Assembly: GCA_963796105.1 (NCBI GenBank)
Contig: CAWCKJ010000004.1
Span: 768,001-832,000, forward strand
From: a candidate division FCPU426 bacterium
Lineage (GTDB): Bacteria; Oederibacteriota; Muellerivitia; Muellerivitales; Muellerivitaceae
Length of the DNA: 64,000 nucleotides
Direction: 5' to 3'
In this document: positions 57,061 to 64,000 of the stretch, piece by piece
Layout of the letters: every line of letters begins with the position of its first letter
Numbering within the stretch: the stretch's first letter is position 1
Position numbers and translations under genes: made by a program
The notes under the pieces: model-generated
What the model saw: only the letters and a program-made list of their open reading frames with translations
Told to the model about the DNA's origin: nothing
Databases searched by the model: none

Positions 57061-57620
57061 TCAAGCCCTGGAAAAAACTGGAAGAGAAGACGGCTTATGA
57101 CTGCGGATTTTTCAAAATCCTCACCCAGCAAAGCGCCTCCCCCACCACCGGGAAAACACATCCTTTTTACGTGTTATCCACCCGCTCCTGGACCAATGTC
57201 GTGGCCATTACGGAGGACAATAAAGTGGTGCTCGTCTCCCAGTTCCGCCATGGAACCAGGGAGATCAGCCTGGAAATACCGGGTGGAGCCTTGGACCCGG
57301 GAGACAAGATGCCGGAACAGGCCGCCCGGAGGGAGCTTTTGGAGGAAACAGGCCACGAGGCGCCCGAATGGCACCTGTTGGGCGTGGTCCGGCCCAACCC
57401 GGCTATTTTGGACAACACCTGCCACTTTTTCCTGGCCCTGGGGGCCAAGCAAACTTCCGCCCTTAAATTGGATGAGGCCGAGGAGCTGGAAGTGCGGAAG
57501 GTGGACCTGAAGGAGATTCCAGAAATGATCCGGGACGGCAGGATCCAGCATGCCTTGGTGGTGGCGGCCTTTCATTACCTGGATCTTTATCGCCAAGAAA
57601 ATCCCGGCAAATTTAAATGA
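57057..57620 (+). CDS. NUDIX hydrolase (ADP-ribose pyrophosphatase-like)
   Basis: QFRH...LEIPGG...AARRELLEETG Nudix box. Confidence 0.92.
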   Translation: MIKPWKKLEEKTAYDCGFFKILTQQSASPTTGKTHPFYVLSTRSWTNVVAITEDNKVVLVSQFRHGTREISLEIPGGALDPGDKMPEQAARRELLEETGHEAPEWHLLGVVRPNPAILDNTCHFFLALGAKQTSALKLDEAEELEVRKVDLKEIPEMIRDGRIQHALVVAAFHYLDLYRQENPGKFK

Positions 57621-57786
57621 TTCGGCCTTCCTTTCATTTGGAAACTACCTTGTTTTCCTCAATATATTTGTCCCCTGCCGTTTAAAAATATCTATTTCCC
57701 CCCTTGATGTCGATTTTGAAGATGTGTAGTTTAATCTTAAATCTGGGTAAACCTATCGGTCGCCCCTAATATGAAAGAGGTAAAAA

Positions 57787-58377
57787 ATGGAACGTGTATG
57801 TGTCTTTATCGACGGCAGCAATCTTTATTTCGCCTTGAAGCGGAACAACAAAATGACCAGGGTGGACTATTTCCAGTTCGCCTCGGCCCTCACGGGTGAA
57901 AAGCGGAATCTCATCCGCACCTACTATTACAACGCCGTGTTCGACAGCACCCATTTCTCCGACAAGGCCAAGAGCCAGCAGTCCTTCTTCGATTCCCTGG
58001 ACCGGACCCCTTACTTGGAACTGCGCCTGGGCCGGATCATCCAGAACCGCGAGGGACACCGCATGGAAAAAGGAGTGGACGTCCGCATGGCGGCCGACAT
58101 GGTGTTTTACGCCGCGCGCGACTTCTTCGACACGGCCATCGTGGTGACCGAGGACCAGGACTTCTCCCCCGCCATGGGACTGGTGAAGGAGCTGGGCAAG
58201 CACGTGGAATTGGCCATCTTCCCCGACGCCCAGAGCCGGGAAATGATAAGAATCGCGGACCGCATCGTCGGCTTGGACGAGATCGTCAACAGCCACGCGT
58301 CCCAGATCTTCCCGCCGCAGCCAGAGGAGCGCACGGCCCCAGCCGCCACGGAAGAGGAAATGGCATACGGGGTCTAA
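57787..58377 (+). CDS. NYN-domain (LabA/DUF88) protein
   Basis: VFIDGSN, EKGVD and TEDQDF motifs. Confidence 0.92.
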   Translation: MERVCVFIDGSNLYFALKRNNKMTRVDYFQFASALTGEKRNLIRTYYYNAVFDSTHFSDKAKSQQSFFDSLDRTPYLELRLGRIIQNREGHRMEKGVDVRMAADMVFYAARDFFDTAIVVTEDQDFSPAMGLVKELGKHVELAIFPDAQSREMIRIADRIVGLDEIVNSHASQIFPPQPEERTAPAATEEEMAYGV

Positions 58378-58406
58378 AACAACCGTTCATTAAAAACTTT
58401 TAAAAG

Positions 58407-58442
58407 AAAACCCTATTTACCCAATGGTAAATGGGGGTTTTT
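58407..58442. terminator. Probable bidirectional terminator
   Basis: AAAACCCTATTTACC-CAAT-GGTAAATGGGGGTTTTT between convergent genes. Confidence 0.65.
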
Positions 58443-59706
58443 ATTTGTGAGAAAGACCAACCACTTTCAACAAAACTACCCCGTGGGAGGGGACGAAAGC
58501 CCTATAGTCTCCCTCAAAAGTTCCCATATCCTTGTGCTGCCAAAGATCGCGGACTTTCGCCATGCTTCCAGCGACTCCGATATCCCTCCAATTGGCCGTA
58601 ATGGTGTCGTCCTTGTCAGACCGGTTGAAAAGCGCCACCGCGCGCGCGTTGATCCCATCCAGCACCTTGGAATAAACGCATAATCCTTTTCCATCGTCCC
58701 GCATTTTGACGCACTGCCTTCCGAAAAGATCCTGGTCTACCGCGATGACTTCCTTGTTGAGAAGGATTTCCCTGATCTTCTCCGGCATCTTGCGCACGTC
58801 ATTGCCGGCGATGAGGGGCGCCGCCATCATGGCCCACATGCTGAAATGGGAACAGGTTTCCTCATTCGTTAAACCCTTGTTTCCCACCAAAGCCGAACAG
58901 CCCAAACACGCGGGATTATGCTGAAAATCCGGGACGTTGTAACAACCCACCACCAGCATATCCGGGTCGTTCCATTTTCCAGGTTCCGCGATGGAAGCCG
59001 ACCTCTCGTTTTGGTCGATGATATCCACGATCCTGTCCCAGCGATCGCTGATGTCGCCCGACGTGCGCCACAGGTTTCCCAGCTCCGGCATCCAATCCTT
59101 GAACCCCCAGGCGCAGATGCTGAACACGATGGGGCGCCCTGTGGCCGCGAGGGCGTCCCGCATGCGCCGGTAATCCCCTTCCTGGGAAGTCAACAAAGCT
59201 GGGTTGCAGTTGTCGTATTTCACATAATCCACGCCCCATGCGGCGAAATCATTGGCATCTGTTGTTTCATTCTCATAGGAACCAGGACTCTTCTTCATGC
59301 AGGTCATGGTGCCGCGATCCGAATAAATCCCGAATTTAAAACCCCGTGCGTGGAGATAATCGGCTACAGCCTTGAAACCACCTGAGAATTTGACGGAATC
59401 AGGCTGAAGATGCCCATTGAGCCGATGGGGGAGGGCCCATCCATCATCAATGTTAATGTACTGGTATCCCGCGTCCCTCATGCCGTTGGTGACCATGGCG
59501 TCGGCGACCTGCCGAAGCAGGGAATCGCTCACCCCACCCATGAAGGTATTCCAAGAATTCCATCCCATGGGAGGGGTTCGTGCAAGGCCATTGGAGGGAT
59601 TTACCGGCGCGGATGGATTCGAGCAACTTTGAAGAATGAACCCCAGCCCGAGAACCAATAAGAAGAACAAAGTTCTCGTAAACGCCTCCATGTCGCGGAC
59701 AACCAT
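58441..59706 (-). CDS. GH27 alpha-galactosidase family lipoprotein
   Basis: LARTPPMGWNSWN, IDDGW, YVKYDNC, WRTSGDI and WNDPDML; lipobox LQS-C. Confidence 0.95.
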   Translation of the reverse strand: MVVRDMEAFTRTLFFLLVLGLGFILQSCSNPSAPVNPSNGLARTPPMGWNSWNTFMGGVSDSLLRQVADAMVTNGMRDAGYQYINIDDGWALPHRLNGHLQPDSVKFSGGFKAVADYLHARGFKFGIYSDRGTMTCMKKSPGSYENETTDANDFAAWGVDYVKYDNCNPALLTSQEGDYRRMRDALAATGRPIVFSICAWGFKDWMPELGNLWRTSGDISDRWDRIVDIIDQNERSASIAEPGKWNDPDMLVVGCYNVPDFQHNPACLGCSALVGNKGLTNEETCSHFSMWAMMAAPLIAGNDVRKMPEKIREILLNKEVIAVDQDLFGRQCVKMRDDGKGLCVYSKVLDGINARAVALFNRSDKDDTITANWRDIGVAGSMAKVRDLWQHKDMGTFEGDYRAFVPSHGVVLLKVVGLSHK

Positions 59707-59828
59707 TTCTCAACTTAAGTTTCATTTGACCAGAAATTGAATGCATGGATATGCAAAACAATAATATAAAAATATTAAATTTTTATTTCCCTTATTTTTT
59801 ATTTTTAAATTGTGTTTCAAAATATTTT

Positions 59829-60010
59829 TCATCTATAAGGGCCCCCAAATCCAGCTGCTATTGCACTAGCGGTGGCACCAGACGTTATTTGATCAAATGT
59901 TGAACCCCCGCTGCCACCAATAACGCAATTATTACTCGGTGATGAACTATCGCCTTGAGATGAACCATAATATGTTGCACACCATCCTTTTTGCGACAGC
60001 CATGTGCAGG
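59829..60010 (-). pseudogene. Remnant of a secreted-protein gene (portion downstream of the duplicated 37-mer)
   Basis: Reads CTWLSQKGWCATYYGSSQGDSSSPSNNC...; its signal-peptide-like 5' part lies at 61867-61923 and beyond 63913. Confidence 0.5.
59974..60010 (+). repeat. 37-bp direct repeat, left copy
   Basis: GTTGCACACCATCCTTTTTGCGACAGCCATGTGCAGG, identical to 61867-61903. Confidence 0.95.
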
Positions 60011-60037
60011 GGAACCAGCTTGGCTTCCCGCTCTTGG

Positions 60038-60664
60038 TTACAGCCCCACCCACACTCCCGCGGTGATAGGCACATCGTTGTAAGAACCGCTCTGGGGCAT
60101 GATGAAGTTGTACTTGGCTTCCAGGTAAAAGTGGCTTTGTCCGCCCAGGTCGGCCTGGATGCCCAGCCCGCCCAAGGCGTCAAAGTTGGCGGTATTGTCA
60201 CCCGAGGGGTAAATGGATTGGAAAACCGTCCCAGCCCCCGCCACGATGTAAGGCTGCAGGCCCTTGCCCCCGAAGGTGTATTTGAGTTCCAACAAGGCCC
60301 GCAGGTTGTTCAGGGCGTTTGCCCCGCCCATGAAATACCATTGTTCCACGTCCAACTGCGCGGCCCAGTCCTTGCCCAGCCGGTAACCCAGGAAGGCTTG
60401 TGCTCCACCGCCCGCTTGAAAATCCGTATCCCAGTTGGAACCAGGCAGGTCCACGCCGGTGCCGAACCCCAAATACCAGTCGCTGGGTGAAGGGGCCGTG
60501 TCCGCGGCCGGGGTGGCGCTATCCGACGCTATGGCCGTCGCCTCAGACGCGGGGGCGGCCTTTTTCGCCCAGGCCCCGGGAGTGAAAGATAAGGCCAGGG
60601 CCATGGTGAGGATCAAAGCAAGAAATGGGGTCTTATGCCCAACCACTTCAGGTAAATGTCTCAT
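60038..60664 (-). CDS. Small outer-membrane beta-barrel protein (OmpA-TM/porin-like)
   Basis: Signal peptide (AWA|K), about 8 amphipathic strands (LQPYIVAGAG, FYLEAKYNFI); RBS AAGGAG before ATG 60664. Confidence 0.75.
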   Translation of the reverse strand: MRHLPEVVGHKTPFLALILTMALALSFTPGAWAKKAAPASEATAIASDSATPAADTAPSPSDWYLGFGTGVDLPGSNWDTDFQAGGGAQAFLGYRLGKDWAAQLDVEQWYFMGGANALNNLRALLELKYTFGGKGLQPYIVAGAGTVFQSIYPSGDNTANFDALGGLGIQADLGGQSHFYLEAKYNFIMPQSGSYNDVPITAGVWVGL

Positions 60665-60738
60665 CCAGTTGCTCCTTTTATAATGGGTCCCGCCTATCAA
60701 AAAAGGGGTAGTTACTTTGACCGTTGTTGTTTTAATGA

Positions 60739-61749
60739 TCACCAGGATGTCGCCGCCACCGCGCCGCCAGAAGGAACCGCCACAAACTCCCCATTCCCGT
60801 AGGTCACTGAGTACCAACCCTGCGAACTGGGGAGGATGCGGGCAGTCCAATCGATCCCGTTCGGCGATGTCGCCGCCACCGCGCTACCCCAAACAACCGC
60901 CGCGAACACCCCATTCCCGTAGGTCACTGACCACCAGTCCTGTGTACTGGGGAGGGTTTGGGCCGTCCATGTGATCCCGTCCGGTGATGTCGCCGCCACC
61001 GTACTTTCAGTAACCGCCACGAACACCCCATTCCCATAGGTCACTGAGTCCCATAACTGTGCACTGGGGAGGATGCGTTGCGTCCATGTGATCCCGTCCG
61101 GCGATGTCGCCGCCACCGCGCTATTAAAAGCAACCGCCACAAAAACCCCGTTCCCGTAGGTCACTGAAAACCAGGACTGTGAACTGGAGAGGGCGCGTTG
61201 CGTCCATGTGATACCGTCCAACGATGTCGCCGCAACCGCGCTATTATAAGCAACCGCCACAAACACCCCATTCGTGCCGTAGGTCACTGTAAACCAGTTC
61301 TGTGAACTGGGAAAGGTGCGGGCCGTCCATGTGATCCCGTCCGGCGAGGTCGCCGCCACCGAGCTATTATAAGCAACCGCCACAAAAACCCCGTTCCCGT
61401 AGGTCACTGACTGCCAGCCCTGTGTACTGGGAAGGGTGCGGGGCGTCCAGGTGATCCCGTCCGGCGAGGTCGCCGCCACCGAGCTATTATAAACAACCGC
61501 CACAAAAACCCCGTTCCCGTAGGCCACTGAGTACCATAACTGTGAACTGGGGAGGTTGCGGGCCGTCCAGGTCATTCCTGGTATTGGGGTTGGGGTGCCG
61601 ATAACCGTGGGCACGACTTCGACCACCGTCACCGGCCCCGGAGCCGCCGAGGGGCTCAGGGCTTTGCCGCAGGAAATAAAAAGTACCGGGCTCAGGATGA
61701 AAACGAACGCCGCGCCGATAAACCAAGCCGAATTTTTCTTTAACAACAT
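60739..61749 (-). CDS. Lipoprotein with seven ~39-aa repeats (beta-propeller)
   Basis: Lipobox FIS-C; seven copies of WTxRxLPSxQxWxSVTYGNGVFVAV...VAATSPDGI, recognisable as DNA repeats of about 120 bp. Confidence 0.85.
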   Translation of the reverse strand: MLLKKNSAWFIGAAFVFILSPVLFISCGKALSPSAAPGPVTVVEVVPTVIGTPTPIPGMTWTARNLPSSQLWYSVAYGNGVFVAVVYNSSVAATSPDGITWTPRTLPSTQGWQSVTYGNGVFVAVAYNSSVAATSPDGITWTARTFPSSQNWFTVTYGTNGVFVAVAYNSAVAATSLDGITWTQRALSSSQSWFSVTYGNGVFVAVAFNSAVAATSPDGITWTQRILPSAQLWDSVTYGNGVFVAVTESTVAATSPDGITWTAQTLPSTQDWWSVTYGNGVFAAVVWGSAVAATSPNGIDWTARILPSSQGWYSVTYGNGEFVAVPSGGAVAATSW

Positions 61750-61866
61750 AAACCGCCTCCCCGCCCGCTTTATTAGATTGTGAAAAAGATTATTCCCGGC
61801 AAAATCCACGAAGCCAGCATTATACTTATGTAAAGAGTAATAAAATATTTAAGTCTTTGTAAATTG

Positions 61867-61903
61867 GTTGCACACCATCCTTTTTGCGACAGCCATGTGC
61901 AGG
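61867..61903 (+). repeat. 37-bp direct repeat, right copy
   Basis: Identical to 59974-60010. Confidence 0.95.
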
Positions 61904-61923
61904 TAAATGCAACAAAAAAATTA

Positions 61924-62909
61924 CATGCTTCTGTATTAAGTGACCCTTGAAATAAAGGAATACATAGGTATACTGTCCGCTACGGGAGGTGGTACATGAG
62001 CTACCAGCGGATGAAAAGCATTAAAATTCTGAGGAAAATCCACACGGAAGAAGAAGCCCGCCAATGGGTGTGGAGATGCCGTTTCGGCGGGAAAGACTTT
62101 GTTTGTCCCCAATGTGAGGGCGAAAGCTTCTGGCAACACCAGGCCAAGCCTGAAGTGAGGGAATGTGACTATTGCCGGAAACGTCTTCGGCTTCGCGCCG
62201 GGACGATTTTTGAAAGCTCCAAGCTGCCTCTTTTAACCTGGGTCAGGGCCATCAGTTTGATGATGCAGGGCAAACGGGGTATTTCGGCCCTGGAACTGAA
62301 GCGGCATTTAAATCTTTCGGATCATTCGGCATGGCTTCTATTGCATAAGATCCGGGAAGGTCTTAGGCAAAAGGACGAAAGCTATACTCTAAAGGGCGTC
62401 ATTGAGTTGGATGGGGCGGTTTTTGGGAAAAAGGCCAAGGAAAACCAAGTGGAAGTCTTGGTGGCGGTGGAAAGCAAGGAATGGGTGGATGAGAATGGTT
62501 GCAAGAAGGAAAAAGCGGGTTTTGCCAAGGTGAAGGTAGCTATGGAAACCAAGTGGGAGAGCCAGGAATTCGTGAATCAGACTATGGAAAAAGGCTCTTT
62601 CCTCAACACAGATGCTTCGCCAGCCTTGCGTGAACTCAAAGGAGTGGAGGCAGACTACCGGGTGATGGCCAATGACCCGAAAGAGTTGGAAAGTTGGTTG
62701 CCCTGGGTACACCGGTTCATTTCCAACGCCAAGGCCTGGATCATTGGAACTCATCATGGCGTTGATGCTAAGTATTTAGGCCGGTATCTAAGTGAATATG
62801 CCTATCGGTTCAACCGTCGTCATGATCCCGATTCCTTATTTCACCGTGCTTTGACCGCATGTGCCTTAGCAAAACCCATTACAGCACGGTCACTTTGTGC
62901 ATAAGCATA
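61924..62909 (+). mobile_element. IS1595-family insertion sequence B (986 bp)
   Basis: IRs CATGCTTCTGTATTAAGTGACC / GGTCACTTTGTGCATAAGCATA; flanked by AAAAATTA at 61916-61923 and 62910-62917. Confidence 0.92.
61996..62904 (+). CDS. IS1595-family transposase (divergent homologue of A)
   Basis: Same Zn ribbon and IELDG/NTD/YLSEY motifs; RBS GGAGG. Confidence 0.95.
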   Translation: MSYQRMKSIKILRKIHTEEEARQWVWRCRFGGKDFVCPQCEGESFWQHQAKPEVRECDYCRKRLRLRAGTIFESSKLPLLTWVRAISLMMQGKRGISALELKRHLNLSDHSAWLLLHKIREGLRQKDESYTLKGVIELDGAVFGKKAKENQVEVLVAVESKEWVDENGCKKEKAGFAKVKVAMETKWESQEFVNQTMEKGSFLNTDASPALRELKGVEADYRVMANDPKELESWLPWVHRFISNAKAWIIGTHHGVDAKYLGRYLSEYAYRFNRRHDPDSLFHRALTACALAKPITARSLCA

Positions 62910-62917
62910 AAAAATTA

Positions 62918-63905
62918 CATGCCTATCCGAACAACGCTTGCGCAGTAATGGGTTTTGCCAAAGCGCAAGCGGTTAAGGCCCGGTGAAATAAGGAATCTGG
63001 GTCATGGCGACGATTGAACCGATAAGTATATTCGCTCAAGTATCCAGGCAGATATTTCACGTTGACTCCATGATGGGTTCCTAGGATCCAAGCCTTGGCG
63101 TTGGAAATGAATCGGTGGACCCAAGGTAACCAGTGATTTAACACCACTGGGTCATTGGCTGTTACCTGGTACTCCACATCCACGTTTTCCAAGTTTCTCA
63201 AGCTGGGACTGGCATCCGTGTTTATCATGGCGCCTTTCTGGATTGCTTGATCGACGAATGCTTGGGCTTCCCACTTGGTTTCTGCGGTCACCTTTATCTT
63301 TGCAAAACCCGCTTTCTCTTTTTTGCGCCCTTTCTCATCTATCCATTCTTTGCTTTCAACCGCCACCAGCACTTCAGCCTGGTTTTCCTTTTCTCTCTTG
63401 CCGAATACAGCCCCATCCAACTCAATGATTTCCTTGAGTTGGTAATTTTCATCCCTTTGTCGAAGACTTTCCCGAATCTTATGCAACATCCTCCAAACGG
63501 TATCGTAGGAGGGCATTCCCAATTGCCGCTGAAGTTCCAGGGCTGAAATGCCCCTTTTCCCTTGCATCACCAATCCAATCATCCTCAACCAGGTTAAGAT
63601 TGGGATCTTGGATTTCCGGAAGATCGTTCCGGCTCGAAGCCGTATTTGCTTTCGACAATAGTCACATTCCCGCACTTCGGGGCGGTTTTTGTGTTGCCAG
63701 AAACTTTCTCCTTCACATTGTGGGCAAACAAAGTCTTTTCCGGCAAAACGGCTCTTCCACACCCATTGACGTGCCTTTTCTTCTGTATCGATTTCCTTGA
63801 AAATCTCAATCCCCTTCATCCGTTGGTAGTTCATAATTTGCCCCTCCAACAATGAGTATACTCCTGTATTCCTTTATTTCAACAGGTACCGTTTGGAGAG
63901 GCATT
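62918..63905 (-). mobile_element. IS1595-family insertion sequence, copy A2 (988 bp)
   Basis: Reverse complement of 2258-3245 with an identical transposase; TSD AAAAATTA at 62910-62917 and 63906-63913. Confidence 0.95.
62923..63834 (-). CDS. IS1595-family transposase (identical to copy A1)
   Basis: Translation identical to that of 2329-3240. Confidence 0.95.
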   Translation of the reverse strand: MNYQRMKGIEIFKEIDTEEKARQWVWKSRFAGKDFVCPQCEGESFWQHKNRPEVRECDYCRKQIRLRAGTIFRKSKIPILTWLRMIGLVMQGKRGISALELQRQLGMPSYDTVWRMLHKIRESLRQRDENYQLKEIIELDGAVFGKREKENQAEVLVAVESKEWIDEKGRKKEKAGFAKIKVTAETKWEAQAFVDQAIQKGAMINTDASPSLRNLENVDVEYQVTANDPVVLNHWLPWVHRFISNAKAWILGTHHGVNVKYLPGYLSEYTYRFNRRHDPDSLFHRALTACALAKPITAQALFG

Positions 63906-64000
63906 AAAAATTAATTTATGACGTTTTATTAAAAAAAATCAAAATTCTCCGAATTCTTGATGTCCTTTTCTTTCGAAGGTTTATTGTGTTCACCTTCCGG

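Noticed and set aside
59974..61903. 37-bp repeat as a CRISPR repeat
   Set aside because: Only two copies, 1.9 kb apart with genes between them; no spacer-sized intervals and no cas genes in the window.

Overview
A GC-rich window from a diderm bacterium (it encodes TolC, lipoproteins and beta-barrel proteins). The abundance of Thr/Pro-linker secreted proteins with FlgD/T9SS-like C-terminal domains suggests an uncultured lineage such as FCPU426 or a relative; this is inference only. Core-like genes are lipA, pncA, a DEAD-box helicase, a B12 radical SAM enzyme, a TatT-DctP-DctQM TRAP transporter, a TetR/ECF sigma/TolC/two-RND cluster, two GT-C glycosyltransferases, an AI-2E transporter, AKR, NUDIX, NYN and a GH27 enzyme. 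They are interleaved with many modular surface proteins and two toxin-antitoxin pairs plus a third TA-like pair. There are three IS1595-family copies with resolvable ends and 8-bp target duplications: one splits a lipoprotein gene, and two sit tail-to-tail in the same AAAAATTA target. The most notable observations: (i) two surface-protein cassettes (6.3 kb and 1.9 kb) are each bounded by direct repeats that duplicate coding sequence (126 bp and 37 bp), with no integrase in the window; (ii) five lipoproteins share a post-cysteine [SN]-P-[SA]-[SA]-(A)-P tether that the TatT lipoprotein lacks; (iii) a Y1/HUH transposase-like protein lacking its catalytic residues lies beside a REP-like palindrome family; (iv) a TGCGGGCAGG array has a 22-bp period. 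No rRNA, tRNA or CRISPR array was recognised. All calls are by-eye motif recognition without database searches.
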